A stretch of DNA of 32,000 nt from Vibrio vulnificus CMCP6 (GTDB lineage Bacteria > Pseudomonadota > Gammaproteobacteria > Enterobacterales > Vibrionaceae). Position 1 is the stretch's first letter, and each line of letters opens with the position of its first letter. The notes under the pieces are model-generated. The model did no database searches, was not told where the DNA came from, and saw nothing but the letters and a program-made list of their open reading frames with translations. The translations under genes and the position numbers were made by a program. The DNA lies in NCBI RefSeq assembly GCF_000039765.1, contig NC_004459.3, positions 2,121,127 through 2,153,126 of the forward strand. Reading direction: 5' to 3'. Of this stretch, positions 17,157-28,412 are shown piece after piece.

Positions 17157-18161
17157 CTAATTGATTTTTTTAACGGTATCGCGAACCACTAACTCGGGAT
17201 GCATTTCAAACACGCGTTTGTCATGTTCTTTGTCCTTAATTCGTTCGAGAAGGATCTCAAATGCATTTTTACCAACACGGCGTTTTGGCTGGTGGATCGT
17301 TGTTAGCGGTGGTGAGAAGTACTCTGCTAACTCAATATTATCGTAGCCAATCACAGAGATGTCTTCAGGAATGCGAAGGCCTAACTGTTGAAGGCGGCTC
17401 ATCAAACCCAGTGCCATGGTATCGTTGAAGCAGAAAACCGCCGTTGGGCGATCTTGCCACGACGCGATCTTGTCAGCAGCCATCACAGCCGTGTCACATT
17501 CGAAGTTTCCTTCAAGGATCCACTCGTTGTTTAGTGTGATATTGGCTTCCTTCATCGCACGTTTAAAGCCTTGGATGCGCTCTTGGCACGCGGCTTTTTC
17601 AAAGTGGCCACTCAAACATGCGATTTTTGTATGGCCATTATCAATCAGGTACTTAGTGGCCAAGTAGCCACCTTCTTCTGAGTTATCGATAATTTTATCG
17701 GCTTGTGAGCTGATTGGACCCCAGTCCATAATCACTTTAGGAATATCTGCATGCTTATCAAGCATTTCGCGGAGCTCTTCGGTGAGGTCTGAACACATCA
17801 CCAAAATGCCATCTACGCGCTTTTCCGCAAGCATACGAATGTAGTCACGTTGCTTCTCGTAGATACCGCCCGTATTACAAAGAATTAGCGTATAGCCTTG
17901 GCGGTAACAGTAGCTTTCTACGCCATCAATTACTTCAGAAAAGAACAAATTGGTCGACTGTGTGACCAGCATACCAATAGTACGAGTGGTGTTGCACTTT
18001 AGGCTACGCGCTACTGCGCTCGGTGCGTAGTTGAGCTCGTCAACCGCTTTCATGACTTTTTCTTGAGTGGCTTCTGCAACAAAACGCGTTTTGTTGATTA
18101 CGTGCGACACTGTGGTCGTGGATACTCCAGCGAGACGCGCGACATCTTTAATTGTGGCCAT
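17157..18161 (-). CDS. purR: Purine nucleotide synthesis repressor (LacI family)
   Basis: 334 aa; [36 protein letters not shown] is nearly identical to the E. coli PurR HTH, followed by a periplasmic-binding-protein-like core. Confidence 0.95.
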
Positions 18162-18285
18162 AGGTATTGTCCTGTCTAAGGTTGCATTTTGAATCTACGA
18201 TTCTTTGTTGCAACACAGTTTGCTACCTTTCTCCGAATTCGCTTTGTAAGGAAGACACACTAGAAAAGCAGCAGCTTAGCTTTAA

Positions 18286-18318
18286 ATAAACACAAAAACC
18301 GCTGTATTTCAGCGGTTT
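18286..18318 (-). terminator. Probable torD terminator (aaaccgctg-loop-cagcggttt followed by uuuuugugu on the minus strand)
   Basis: Perfect 9-bp stem (18296-18304/18310-18318) with the U-rich tail in minus orientation. It lies about 155 nt downstream of the torD stop. Confidence 0.75.
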
Positions 18319-18471
18319 GCATTAAAATCATATTTTATCGATTGCGGTCTCAATTTTAGACCGAGACGGCAAGAGTGGCAACCTACTCAAACGGCGAATA
18401 GTGTATCCGCGTTCACACTTTAGTGGTTAAAGTGTAACCGAGTGTTTGCTCTATTGATAAGGGCGTAATTA

Positions 18472-19119
18472 TTATCCAACTAAATAGTCGCTGTCCAGCA
18501 TACAAAACGCAACAAGTAGTTTTATTGCACTGTTATAGAAGCCAAACTCATCATATTCTGCTGCTCGTTGAGAGAAGCTAGGTAACCAAGAGAGCAACAT
18601 TTCTTGAATAAATGCGTTTTGCTCAATGAAGGCTTCTTCCATGTGGCGATCTTGTTCAAACTCATTTGAGCGAATGATAAGGTTGCCAAGAAAGTCGAGC
18701 ATGATCGCTAAGTGATCGGCCGGTTCATTCAGTTGTTGATTGACCTGCACACCATGTTTTTTCAGCCAAGCGTCCATTTTTTGTGCTGGTTCGCCATTGA
18801 GTAGGCCATCTTTTGTTAGATAAATTGATGCGTATGGAAGTGCGCCGTGTTTTGCGGTTTTCAAAAATAGGTCACAAAAATCTGCCGCTAATTCCAATTG
18901 CGCATCTTGACGGTCAACAAGACGATTGAGTGCATCGACAAAGGCGTTAACGGATGGTCTCAGTGCATCGTTTTCAGCCAATCCAGTTAAAAACGCTCTA
19001 ATTTCCATGCTTTGATATTTATCGAGCTCTTCCTGTGTCAGCTCTTTGGCAAATAAGCTCGAAAGCCACCAATATATTTCCGCACGTTTTTCATTAAAGG
19101 CTTTTATCTCTTGCATCAT
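18472..19119 (-). CDS. torD: TorD-family molecular chaperone (TMAO reductase maturation)
   Basis: 215 aa; the segments ...[17 protein letters not shown]..., DFCDLFL and [13 protein letters not shown] are typical of TorD/DmsD redox-enzyme maturation proteins. It is divergent from torR. Confidence 0.85.
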   Translation of the reverse strand: MMQEIKAFNEKRAEIYWWLSSLFAKELTQEELDKYQSMEIRAFLTGLAENDALRPSVNAFVDALNRLVDRQDAQLELAADFCDLFLKTAKHGALPYASIYLTKDGLLNGEPAQKMDAWLKKHGVQVNQQLNEPADHLAIMLDFLGNLIIRSNEFEQDRHMEEAFIEQNAFIQEMLLSWLPSFSQRAAEYDEFGFYNSAIKLLVAFCMLDSDYLVG

Positions 19120-19354
19120 TTATCGCTCCTAAATCAATCTCCTATAAGTGTAACCAAAAAAAATGAATAACAATAACGCCTATTGTTAAGAAAAATATAA
19201 ATATATTTGAGCTTGTTAATGGCTTGATATTAAGCTTGTTTTGAATCAATAAAAATCAAGATACTTGCATTTCAAACGAAGTATGACTAGAAATGTTACT
19301 AGTTATGAATAGAATATCTGCCCGTGTAGACAGAAATGACATGAAGTGGTGTAA

Positions 19355-20068
19355 ATGAGCTATCACGTATTAGTCGTAGAAGATGATGTAGTGACTCGCA
19401 GTAAACTCGCGGGTTATTTTCAAAAAGAAGGTTACACAGTAAGTGAAGCGGAAAGTGGTGCCGAGATGCGCCATATTTTGCAAAATAGCTGCGTTGATTT
19501 GGTGATGTTAGACATTAACTTGCCAGGTGAAGATGGCTTGATGCTGACCCGTGAACTACGCAGCCAATCGGACATTGGCATTATTTTGGTAACCGGACGC
19601 ACGGATAGCATAGATAAGATTGTTGGTTTGGAGATGGGGGCAGACGACTACGTCACCAAACCATTTGAATTACGAGAACTGCTGGTTCGAGTGAAGAACT
19701 TGTTGTGGCGAATTTCGCTTGCGCGCAGTGGTGGTTCAAAACATCAAGACGCGGAAAACGAAGACCATATTGTCCGCTTTGGCGACTGGACTTTCGATAT
19801 TCATCGTCGAGCGTTGAGTCACAACGGTGAGCCAGTGAAGTTGACCAAGGCAGAATATGAGCTTCTGGTGGCGCTTTCGTCTTACCCAAATCAGGTATTA
19901 AGTCGTGAACGCATTCTCAACATGATCAGCCATCGTGTTGATGCGCCAAACGACAGAACGATCGATGTTTTGATTCGTCGCATGAGAGCAAAAATGGAGT
20001 TTGATCCTAAGAACCCACAAATTTTTGTGACCGTGCACGGTGAAGGCTACATGTTTGCAGGCGACTAG
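19355..20068 (+). CDS. torR: OmpR-family response regulator TorR
   Basis: 237 aa; receiver domain (HVLVVEDD...DLVMLDINLPGEDG) plus a winged-helix output (LTKAEYELL...VHGEGYMF). The torR call comes from similarity to E. coli TorR and adjacency to torD. Confidence 0.88.
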   Translation: MSYHVLVVEDDVVTRSKLAGYFQKEGYTVSEAESGAEMRHILQNSCVDLVMLDINLPGEDGLMLTRELRSQSDIGIILVTGRTDSIDKIVGLEMGADDYVTKPFELRELLVRVKNLLWRISLARSGGSKHQDAENEDHIVRFGDWTFDIHRRALSHNGEPVKLTKAEYELLVALSSYPNQVLSRERILNMISHRVDAPNDRTIDVLIRRMRAKMEFDPKNPQIFVTVHGEGYMFAGD

Positions 20069-20098
20069 GCGTTGCTTAGAAAGCCAAAATTAACAAAC

Positions 20099-20127
20099 AA
20101 AAAAAGAGCGGATTAAGCTCTTTTTTT
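20099..20127. terminator. Bidirectional terminator between convergent torR and elyC (aaaaaaagagc-ggattaa-gctcttttttt)
   Basis: Stem agagc/gctct is extended by complementary A7/T7 tracts, and the hairpin sits between the two stop codons. Confidence 0.85.
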
Positions 20128-20148
20128 GTTTCTGCAGGTCATGATTCA

Positions 20149-20949
20149 TCATTTTGATGCGCGATTCTCTGCCATGATTTGTTCGTCAGTAAGAAGCAAA
20201 TCTCGCATGCCTTGCCATAGCTGGCCGAGGGTTTCGTACCAGTAGCGCTCAGTTTGCTCAAGGTAGATGGCTTTAGGGGCATATCTATCCCAAGCTTGAG
20301 AGATGTTCTTTTGCGCAAGGTAGTTTGTTGGCGCAGGTAACGGCGTTATGCCAGCGTCATGAAACTCTTTCATTGCACGTGCCATGTGACTGGCAGAAGT
20401 AACCAAAACCAGCTGTTTCTGACGCACAAATGCTGCTGCTTGTCTCGCCTCTTCCCAAGTATCTTTGGCATCTTCAAGAAGAATAATGTCTGATTTCGCG
20501 ACACCCAGAGCCAAAGCCACGTTTGCCATCATGCGCGCATGGCTGGTTTCTGAGCCGCCCGCATAGCCGGACAGAATCAATTTTGAGCCCGGATACATCT
20601 TTAAAATACGAATCCCTTCCGTCAAACGCATCAACGAAGCACGGCTTAACTCAGACGTAGGGGGGATTTGATCATCCACCACATGGCCATTGCCCAATAC
20701 CATGACGTAATCGACGGTTTGTACTTCGGGTAGAAATACAGAGTATTGCCTTTCTAATGGCATTAATAACTTGCTGGCAACGGGTTGGAAAGAAACCAAG
20801 AATATCCCCAAAAAGGAGAATAATATGATGAAACACCCCGTTTTTTGTCTGGTGCTAAACATAATCAGCATCAGACCAGCTAAGCCTATTAAAAGTAGTG
20901 CTGGCAAAGGCATTAACAGTGCCGAGAGCACTTTTTTCAGCTCAAACAT
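20149..20949 (-). CDS. elyC: Envelope biogenesis factor ElyC (YcbC, DUF218)
   Basis: 266 aa with two N-terminal TM helices followed by a DUF218 domain (VMVLGNGH..., LILSGYAGG). The position divergent from cmoM-mukFEB is conserved with E. coli. Confidence 0.85.
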   Translation of the reverse strand: MFELKKVLSALLMPLPALLLIGLAGLMLIMFSTRQKTGCFIILFSFLGIFLVSFQPVASKLLMPLERQYSVFLPEVQTVDYVMVLGNGHVVDDQIPPTSELSRASLMRLTEGIRILKMYPGSKLILSGYAGGSETSHARMMANVALALGVAKSDIILLEDAKDTWEEARQAAAFVRQKQLVLVTSASHMARAMKEFHDAGITPLPAPTNYLAQKNISQAWDRYAPKAIYLEQTERYWYETLGQLWQGMRDLLLTDEQIMAENRASK

Positions 20950-21046
20950 ACAGAAATAGTCCGAAAAAACATCACTTGATAATAAAAATAAGAGAATGCC
21001 TCTTTATATCTGCTTTCCTTATGACAGAATAGCAGCACGATTAGAT

Positions 21047-21856
21047 ATGATAACTCAAGCTGCTGTGAACCAAGACCGTAATTTCGACGATATTGCCCAC
21101 AAATTTGCAAAAAATATTTACGGGTCAGACAAAGGCGAGATTCGCCAAGTGATTGTTTGGGAAGATCTTCAACAATTGTTAGCCACCTTTGACGAGGCCA
21201 AACAGCCTCTAACCGTATTGGATGCGGGGGGCGGGTTGGCACAAATGTCACAAAAGCTTGCCAAACTCGGACATCACATTGCCTTATGTGATCTATCTTC
21301 TGAAATGCTGCAATTAGCAGAGCAGGATATTGCAAAAAATGGCTTGCTTGAGCAGTATCGGCTGATCCATTCTCCGGTGCAGAAGATTGGTGAGCACCTA
21401 GCAGAGCCCGTCGATGTGGTGATGTTTCATGCCGTGATGGAATGGTTGGCGGATCCAAAATCCGCGTTGGAAACGGTATTAGAACAAGTCGCACCGGGTG
21501 GCGCCGCGTCTATTATGTTCTACAACCACCATGGCTTGGTTTATAAGAATGTGGTCTGTGGCAATATCCCACATATTCTTGAGGGTATGCCTCATCGCAA
21601 ACGCTTTAAGCTGCAACCGCAAAAAGGCCTAGAACCTCAATCTGTTTATCAGTGGATTGAAGACGCAGGTTTTGAAATTTATGGAAAATCCGGTATTCGC
21701 TGTTTCAGTGATTATATAGGGAACAGACAGAATATGGGTGATTACCAGTACGAGGATGTGCTCGAGTTGGAACGACGTCTGTGTCGCCAAGAGCCTTACC
21801 TCTCGCTGGGCCGATACATTCATGTGTGGGCTAAGAAGAAAGATAAACAGGAATAA
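21047..21856 (+). CDS. cmoM: tRNA uridine 5-oxyacetic acid(34) methyltransferase CmoM (formerly SmtA)
   Basis: [26 protein letters not shown]..., [10 protein letters not shown] (SAM motif I) and [18 protein letters not shown] track E. coli CmoM/SmtA. I chose the start at 21047 ([13 protein letters not shown]); the ORF-track start at 20996 adds 17 unsupported residues. Confidence 0.88.
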   Translation: MITQAAVNQDRNFDDIAHKFAKNIYGSDKGEIRQVIVWEDLQQLLATFDEAKQPLTVLDAGGGLAQMSQKLAKLGHHIALCDLSSEMLQLAEQDIAKNGLLEQYRLIHSPVQKIGEHLAEPVDVVMFHAVMEWLADPKSALETVLEQVAPGGAASIMFYNHHGLVYKNVVCGNIPHILEGMPHRKRFKLQPQKGLEPQSVYQWIEDAGFEIYGKSGIRCFSDYIGNRQNMGDYQYEDVLELERRLCRQEPYLSLGRYIHVWAKKKDKQE

Positions 21857-21858
21857 CA

Positions 21859-23196
21859 ATGAGTGAGACAACTCTCAATGCTGCAGAGCAACCAATCGAT
21901 GAATTGGTTAGTTGGGTTAAGCAGCACGATTTCTCATTGAACCTGACCACCGAGCGATTGGCGTTTCTCATCGCCATCGCTGTATTAAGTAACGAAAGGT
22001 TTGATGAAGAGTTGGGTGAAGGTGAGCTGCATGATGCGTTTACTATCGTCACTCGACTGTTTGAAGAAACGGGTGAAGCCTCAGCGTTTCGCGCCAATAA
22101 CGCCATCAATGAGTTGGTTAAGCAGCGCCTGATCAGCCGCTTTACCAGCGAAATGACGGAAGGTGCCAGTATCTACCGTCTTTCGCCGTTGGCGATCGGC
22201 ATTACTGACTACTATGTCCGTCATCGAGAATTCTCCAAGCTTAGACTATCGATTCAACTCTCCATGGTGGCTGGCGAAATGGCGAAAGCCATTGAAGCGG
22301 CCAAGCAAGGCGGGACGGCAGGGCATTGGAAGAAAAATGTCTATGCGGTGCTGAAATATTCAGTGGGTGAGATTTTCGATCAAATCGATCTCAACCAACG
22401 CGTGATGGATGAGCAACAACAATCGGTTAAACAGCAAATTGCCGATCTGCTGAACAAAGATTGGCGTGAAGCGATCAACAACTGTGAGTCACTGCTTTCA
22501 GAAACCTCGAACACGCTCAAAGAGCTGCAAGATACACTGCAAGCGGCAGGGGATGAGCTGCAAACTCAGATCTTGGATATTCAAGAGTTGGTCTATGGGG
22601 ATGAAGAACTCGAGTTTATCGAAGAAACTCTGTTTGGGTTGCAGATGAAGCTCGATCGCATCACCAGCTGGGGTCAACAAGCCATCGATCTGTGGATCGG
22701 TTACGACCGCCATGTTCACAAATTTATCCGTACCGCGATTGATATGGATAAAAACCGAATCTTCAGTACTCGTCTACGCCAATCGGTCAAAGATTACTTC
22801 GACATGCCATGGTATCTCACTTACGCAGATGCGGAACGTTTGAGCGATTTGCGTGATGAAGCCTTAGTGCTGCGTGACGATGAAGTGACCGGACAAGTGC
22901 CACTTGAAGTGGAGTATGAAGAGTTTCAACAAGTCAATGATGAGCTTGCCGAGCGTATCGGTGAGATGTTGCGCCTACATAAAGACAACGGCAAGCCGAT
23001 CGATCTCGGCATTGTGCTGAAAGATTATCTCGCGCAGCACCCTAGCACTCATCATTTCGATTTAGCTCGTATCGTTATCGACCAAGCGGTGCGCATGGGT
23101 TATTCCGAATCGGATTACCAAGCGATTCAGCCAGATTGGCAGGCAATTAACGACTACGGCGCAAAGGTACAAGCAAATGTCATCGACCGATATTAA
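21859..23196 (+). CDS. mukF: Chromosome partition protein MukF (kleisin)
   Basis: 445 aa; the N-terminal winged-helix region ([26 protein letters not shown]) and overall colinearity match E. coli MukF. It starts 2 nt after the cmoM stop. Confidence 0.95.
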   Translation: MSETTLNAAEQPIDELVSWVKQHDFSLNLTTERLAFLIAIAVLSNERFDEELGEGELHDAFTIVTRLFEETGEASAFRANNAINELVKQRLISRFTSEMTEGASIYRLSPLAIGITDYYVRHREFSKLRLSIQLSMVAGEMAKAIEAAKQGGTAGHWKKNVYAVLKYSVGEIFDQIDLNQRVMDEQQQSVKQQIADLLNKDWREAINNCESLLSETSNTLKELQDTLQAAGDELQTQILDIQELVYGDEELEFIEETLFGLQMKLDRITSWGQQAIDLWIGYDRHVHKFIRTAIDMDKNRIFSTRLRQSVKDYFDMPWYLTYADAERLSDLRDEALVLRDDEVTGQVPLEVEYEEFQQVNDELAERIGEMLRLHKDNGKPIDLGIVLKDYLAQHPSTHHFDLARIVIDQAVRMGYSESDYQAIQPDWQAINDYGAKVQANVIDRY

Positions 23197-23899
23197 TGAA
23201 TACATGCCAGAAAATCTGGCCAAAGCGATTTGCAACCCGCTGTTTCCAGCATTGGATAGCATGCTGCGTGCAGGTCGTCACATCTCGAGTGAAGATTTAG
23301 ATAACCACGCACTGCTATCGGATTACGAAGTTGAGCTGTCGGCTTTTTATCAACGTTACAACACGGAGTTGGTGAAAGCGCCAGAAGGTTTCTTTTACCT
23401 TCGTCCGCGTTCAACCTCATTGATTGCCCGCAGTGTGCTCTCTGAGCTGGACATGTTGGTGGGCAAGGTGCTCTGTTTCCTTTACTTGAGCCCAGAGCGT
23501 TTGGCGCATGAAGGTATCTTTACCAATCAAGAGTTGTATGAAGAGCTGATCGCACTGACCGATGAAAAGAAACTGATGAAATTGGTGACCAACCGTGCGT
23601 CCGGGTCTGATCTCGACCGTGAAAAGTTGTTCGAAAAAGTACGCACCTCATTAAGACGTTTACGCCGTTTAGGCATGATCATCAATGTGGGAGACAGCGG
23701 CAAATTCAGCATCAGTGAAGCGGTGTTCCGTTTTGGTGCGGATGTGCGCGCGGGAGATGATATTCGCGAAGCGCAATTGCGTTTGATCCGCGATGGTGAA
23801 GCGGTGGTTCACACTCAAGAGCCGACTCAGGCAAGCCTACTGGCTGACGAAGAAGAACAGGATTATAACGAGCAAGCTGAATTAGAAGGTGAAGCATGA
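23177..23899 (+). CDS. mukE: Chromosome partition protein MukE
   Basis: 240 aa; [36 protein letters not shown]...FYLRPRS...[13 protein letters not shown] closely parallels E. coli MukE. It overlaps mukF by 20 nt and shares an ATGA junction with mukB. Confidence 0.95.
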   Translation: MSSTDINEYMPENLAKAICNPLFPALDSMLRAGRHISSEDLDNHALLSDYEVELSAFYQRYNTELVKAPEGFFYLRPRSTSLIARSVLSELDMLVGKVLCFLYLSPERLAHEGIFTNQELYEELIALTDEKKLMKLVTNRASGSDLDREKLFEKVRTSLRRLRRLGMIINVGDSGKFSISEAVFRFGADVRAGDDIREAQLRLIRDGEAVVHTQEPTQASLLADEEEQDYNEQAELEGEA

Positions 23900-26800
23900 T
23901 TGAAAGAGGTAAATATCAATCGCTGACCATGGTCAACTGGAACGGCTTTTTCGCTCGTACCTTTGATATTGATGGATTGGTCACCACCCTGTCAGGGGGC
24001 AATGGTGCAGGTAAATCAACCACGATGGCGGCGTTCATTACCGCGTTGATCCCAGACCAAAGTTTGCTGCATTTCCGTAACACAACCGAAGCGGGCAGCA
24101 GCCAAGCCTCTCGCGATAAAGGGCTTTACGGTAAGCTACAACCGGGTGCCTGTTACGCGGCATTGGATGTGGTGAACTCACGCAATCAACGCTTACTGTT
24201 TGCGGTGAAGCTACAGCAAGTGGCGGGCCGTGACAAAAAAGTGGACATCAAGCCGTTTGTGATTCAAGGCTTGCCAAGTCATGTGAAGCCAACGGATGTG
24301 CTGATTGAATCGGTCTCGGCCACTCAGGCGCGCGTTCGTCAAATCAACGAAGTGAAAGAGAGCGTTGCTCAGTATGAGGGCGTTCAGTTTAAGAGCTTCT
24401 CTTCGATTGTCGATTACCATGCACAGATGTTTGAGTTTGGCGTTATTCCGAAGAAATTACGCAACTCGAGCGACCGTTCGAAGTTCTACCGCCTGATTGA
24501 AGCTTCATTGTATGGCGGTATTTCGAGTGCGATTACTCGTTCACTGCGTGACTACCTGTTGCCACAAAATGGTGGGGTTAAGAAAGCGTTCCAAGATATG
24601 GAATCGGCATTGCGTGAAAACCGTATGACGCTGGAAGCGATCAAAACGACGCAAGCTGACCGCGATCTTTTCAAGCATTTGATTACGGAATCCACCAATT
24701 ATGTGGCGGCAGACTATATGCGTCACGCCAATGAGCGTCACAAGAAGTTAGAGCAAAGTTTGTCACTACGCTCTGAACTCTTTAGCTCACGCGAGACACT
24801 GATTGAGCAAAACCGCTTACTGAATCAAGTTCAGCAAGAATTGGAAATGTTGGTTGAATCAGAATCGGCATTGGAGCAAGACTATCAAGGCGCTTCTGAC
24901 CATTTGCAGTTGGTGCAAAATGCTTTACGTCAGCAAGAGAAAATCGAGCGTTACCAAGAAGATCTTGAAGAGCTGAATGAGCGTCTTGAAGAGCAATCCA
25001 TGGTCGTGGAAGAAGCGCAAGAGCGCGTCTTAATGGCCGAAGAGCAGTCTACCGTCGCAGAGAACGAAGTAGACAGCTTGAAAACGCAGTTGGCCGATTA
25101 CCAACAGGCGTTGGATGTGCAGCAAACTCGCGCGCTTCAATATCAACAGGCAGTTCAAGCGCTAGAAAAAGCCAAAGTGCTTTTGTCTGACAGCACGTTA
25201 ACCGCTGAATCTGCGCAAGCCTTGGTAGCGCAGTTAACCCAAAGCGAAGCAGAGCAGACCCAAGCCTTGTTGGCGCTAAAGCACAAACTGGATATGTCCT
25301 CCGCGGCCGCGCAACAGTTTGAAAATGCGCTGAAATTAGTGCACAGCATTGCTGGTCAAGTTGAACGTGCAGAGGCTTCTCGCCATGCGAAAGCGGCTAT
25401 TCAACAAGCGCGTTCCGCGCAGCAAGTGGTGCAAAACGAAAACCAATGGCGCGCGCAGCATCGTGACTTAGAACGTAGCTTGAATCAGCAAAACCAAGCG
25501 CAAGCCTTGGTCGCGGAATACCAAAAAGCACACCAAGTTACGCTTGATGATGAAGTGATGTTTGAGCAAGAGCGTGAACGTCATCATGCCCAACTTGACT
25601 CTCTTGAGATTGCGTTGGAAGAGAATCGCGAATTGCGTAGCGAGCAGCGCCGTCAGGAGCAAGATTTACAAAGTGACATCACGCAGCTTCAGGCGATCGC
25701 GCCAAAATGGATTGCGGCCAATGATGCACTCGAAAAACTGCGTGAGCAAAGTGGCGCAGAGCTAGCGGATAGCCAATCGGTGATGTCACAAATGCAGCAA
25801 GTTCTTGAGCAAGAGAAACAGCTTTCTCAAGCCAAAGACAAGCTGGCAGAGCGTCGCAGCCAACTGGAAAGTGAAATTGAACGTCTGGCCTCTCCTGGTG
25901 GTTCTAATGACCCACGTTTGAAAGGTTTAGCGGATACGCTAGGCGGTGTCTTGCTTTCTGAGATCTATGACGACATCACCATTGACGATGCGCCTTACTT
26001 CAGTGCGATGTACGGCCCTGCACGTCATGCGATTGTGGTGTCCGATTTGTCGGGCATCGAAGAAAAACTGGTGGAACTCGACGACTGTCCTGAGGATCTT
26101 TACATCATTGAAGGCGATGTGGATGCCTTTGATGACAGCTCAATCAAAGCGGAAGAGCTAGAGGGCGCAGTGTGCGTGCGTTTGAACGATCGTCAAATGC
26201 GTTACTCTCGTTTCCCTGTGATCCCGCTGTTTGGTCGTGCAGCACGTGAACAACGTTTAGAGCTGCTGCGTAGCGAGCGCGAAGAAGTCGTTGAAAAGCA
26301 CGCGAAAGCGGCATTTGACGCGCAGAAAATGCAGCGTCTATTCCAAGCGTTTAACCAGTTTGTGGCTGAGCACATCCAAGTGGCCTTTGCTGCGGATCCC
26401 GAGCAAGCACTTGTGATTGCGCGCGATAAGCGTAACCAACTGACGCGCACTTTGGCTGAGTTGGAAGCGAAAGAGCTGCAGATGCGCAGCCAAATCCAAA
26501 ACAGTAAGCAAGCGCTTACCATGCTGGATAAATTGGCACCGATGATGGCGGTGATCAGCGATGACACCATCGGAGAGCGCTTCGCGGAACTGGAAGAGAA
26601 AATTGCTCAGTTGGCCGATGCGAAGCAGTTCTTAGGCGCACACGCCAAAGCGGTTGAGCAGTTAGAAAGCCAATTAGCGGTACTTGACGCTGATCCTGAG
26701 CAGTTCGATGCACTGGAAGCGCAATATCAAAGCGCAGATAGCCAATTGCAAGCGTTGAAGAAGCAAATTTTCGCCTTGTCGGATTTGGTTGAACGTCGCC

Positions 26801-28359
26801 ACTATTTTGCTTACGCCGATTCGGTTGATCTGCTTAGCAAGAGCAGCGAGCTGAGTGAACAGCTAAAAGCGAAATTGGTGGAAGCGGAACGTGCACGTAG
26901 CCGTTACCGTGATGAGCTCAAGCAGCAGCAAGAGCAGATGAACCAATACAACCAAGTGTTGGCCTCTCTAAAGAGTTCATATCAAGCGAAGTTGGAAACG
27001 GTTCAAGAATTTAAGCAAGAGCTGGCAGAGTTTGGTGTCAGTGCCGATGAAGGGGCGTTGGAGCGCGCGATTCGTCGTCGTGATGAACTTCACGAGCGTT
27101 TGCACACCTCACGCAGCCGTAAGAGCGAGTACGAACGTACCCTTACTTCAACAGAGCTGGGCATGAAAGAACTCGCCAAGCGCTTGAAGAAGGTGCAAAA
27201 AGAGTACGTAGAACTGCGTACGTTTGTCGTTGCTGCGAAAGCAGGCTGGTGCTCAGTACTGCGTTTAGCACGTGAAAACGACGTTGAGCGCCGCCTACAC
27301 AAGCGTGAGCTGGCTTACTTGTCGGCGGGTGAACTGCGTTCCATGTCGGATAAATCACTGGGTGCACTGCGTCTTGCGGTTGCCAACAATGATGATCTGC
27401 GTGATGCACTGCGACTCTCTGAAGATAATGCGCGTCCTGAACGCAAAGTATTGTTCTACATTGCGGTTTACCAGCACTTACGTGAGCGTATTCGCCAAGA
27501 CATCATCCATACCGATGATCCGGTCGAAGCGATTGAAGAGATGGAAGTGGAACTGGCTCGTCTGACTGAAGAGTTGACCATGCGTGAAAACCGCTTGGCC
27601 ATCAGTTCTGAGTCGGTGGCGAGCATCATTAAGAAAACCATCCAACGTGAACAGAACCGTATTCGCATGTTGAACCAAGGTTTGTCCAATATCTCGTTTG
27701 GCCAGGTGAAGGGAGTTCGACTCAATGTGAAAGTGCGCGAAAGCCATGAAGTGTTACTGAATGGTCTCGCCACGCAGCAAGAACAGCATAAAGATCTGTT
27801 TGAAACGGCACGTTACACCTTCTCTGAAGCGATGGCGAAACTGTTCCAGCGTGTTAACCCGCACATTGATATGGGGCAACGTTCACCACAAGTCTTGGGT
27901 GAAGAACTGCTGGATTACCGCAACTACCTTGAATTGAGCATTGAAGTAAACCGTGGCTCTGATGGTTGGCTACAAGCGGAATCGGGTGCACTGTCTACTG
28001 GTGAAGCGATTGGTACTGGCCAATCTATTCTCTTGATGGTGGTGCAAAGCTGGGAAGAAGAGTCACGTCGTCTGCGTAGTAAAGACATCGTACCGTGTCG
28101 TTTGCTGTTCCTTGATGAGGCGGCGCGTCTGGATGCGAAATCGATCTCAACACTGTTTGAGCTTTGTGACCGCCTCGATATGCAACTGCTTATCGCTGCG
28201 CCAGAGAACATCAGCCCAGAGAAAGGCACCACTTATAAACTGGTGCGTAAAGTGTTTAAAGATCACGAACACGTGCATGTCGTCGGTTTGCGTGGCTTTG
28301 GCCAAGAGCAGAAACCGAAGAGTGAAGCGCAACAGATGATCGAAGAGTTTGAAGCGTAA
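23896..28359 (+). CDS. mukB: Chromosome partition protein MukB (SMC-like condensin ATPase)
   Basis: 1487 aa. It has an N-terminal Walker A ([11 protein letters not shown]), long coiled-coil arms, and a C-terminal head with LSTGE and the Walker B motif LLFLDEA. Confidence 0.97.
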   Translation: MIERGKYQSLTMVNWNGFFARTFDIDGLVTTLSGGNGAGKSTTMAAFITALIPDQSLLHFRNTTEAGSSQASRDKGLYGKLQPGACYAALDVVNSRNQRLLFAVKLQQVAGRDKKVDIKPFVIQGLPSHVKPTDVLIESVSATQARVRQINEVKESVAQYEGVQFKSFSSIVDYHAQMFEFGVIPKKLRNSSDRSKFYRLIEASLYGGISSAITRSLRDYLLPQNGGVKKAFQDMESALRENRMTLEAIKTTQADRDLFKHLITESTNYVAADYMRHANERHKKLEQSLSLRSELFSSRETLIEQNRLLNQVQQELEMLVESESALEQDYQGASDHLQLVQNALRQQEKIERYQEDLEELNERLEEQSMVVEEAQERVLMAEEQSTVAENEVDSLKTQLADYQQALDVQQTRALQYQQAVQALEKAKVLLSDSTLTAESAQALVAQLTQSEAEQTQALLALKHKLDMSSAAAQQFENALKLVHSIAGQVERAEASRHAKAAIQQARSAQQVVQNENQWRAQHRDLERSLNQQNQAQALVAEYQKAHQVTLDDEVMFEQERERHHAQLDSLEIALEENRELRSEQRRQEQDLQSDITQLQAIAPKWIAANDALEKLREQSGAELADSQSVMSQMQQVLEQEKQLSQAKDKLAERRSQLESEIERLASPGGSNDPRLKGLADTLGGVLLSEIYDDITIDDAPYFSAMYGPARHAIVVSDLSGIEEKLVELDDCPEDLYIIEGDVDAFDDSSIKAEELEGAVCVRLNDRQMRYSRFPVIPLFGRAAREQRLELLRSEREEVVEKHAKAAFDAQKMQRLFQAFNQFVAEHIQVAFAADPEQALVIARDKRNQLTRTLAELEAKELQMRSQIQNSKQALTMLDKLAPMMAVISDDTIGERFAELEEKIAQLADAKQFLGAHAKAVEQLESQLAVLDADPEQFDALEAQYQSADSQLQALKKQIFALSDLVERRHYFAYADSVDLLSKSSELSEQLKAKLVEAERARSRYRDELKQQQEQMNQYNQVLASLKSSYQAKLETVQEFKQELAEFGVSADEGALERAIRRRDELHERLHTSRSRKSEYERTLTSTELGMKELAKRLKKVQKEYVELRTFVVAAKAGWCSVLRLARENDVERRLHKRELAYLSAGELRSMSDKSLGALRLAVANNDDLRDALRLSEDNARPERKVLFYIAVYQHLRERIRQDIIHTDDPVEAIEEMEVELARLTEELTMRENRLAISSESVASIIKKTIQREQNRIRMLNQGLSNISFGQVKGVRLNVKVRESHEVLLNGLATQQEQHKDLFETARYTFSEAMAKLFQRVNPHIDMGQRSPQVLGEELLDYRNYLELSIEVNRGSDGWLQAESGALSTGEAIGTGQSILLMVVQSWEEESRRLRSKDIVPCRLLFLDEAARLDAKSISTLFELCDRLDMQLLIAAPENISPEKGTTYKLVRKVFKDHEHVHVVGLRGFGQEQKPKSEAQQMIEEFEA

Positions 28360-28378
28360 ACTCAATAGCGATAAAACC

Positions 28379-28412
28379 AAACGCCCGCGATGATCATCGC
28401 GGGCGTTTTTTT
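28379..28412. terminator. Bidirectional terminator between mukB and the AraC-family gene (acgcccgcgatga/tcatcgcgggcgt + T7)
   Basis: 13-bp perfect palindrome centred on tgatca (28381-28406), flanked by aaaaccaaa and ttttttt. It abuts the stop codon of the convergent regulator. Confidence 0.9.

Noticed and set aside
18205-18225. Possible PurR operator in the purR promoter/leader (minus strand AGCAAACTGTGTTGCA).
   Set aside because: Only the left half (GCAAAC) fits the PurR box ACGCAAACGTTTGCGT. The right half is shifted by two bases and is poor. It is not good enough to call without a matrix scan or comparative data.
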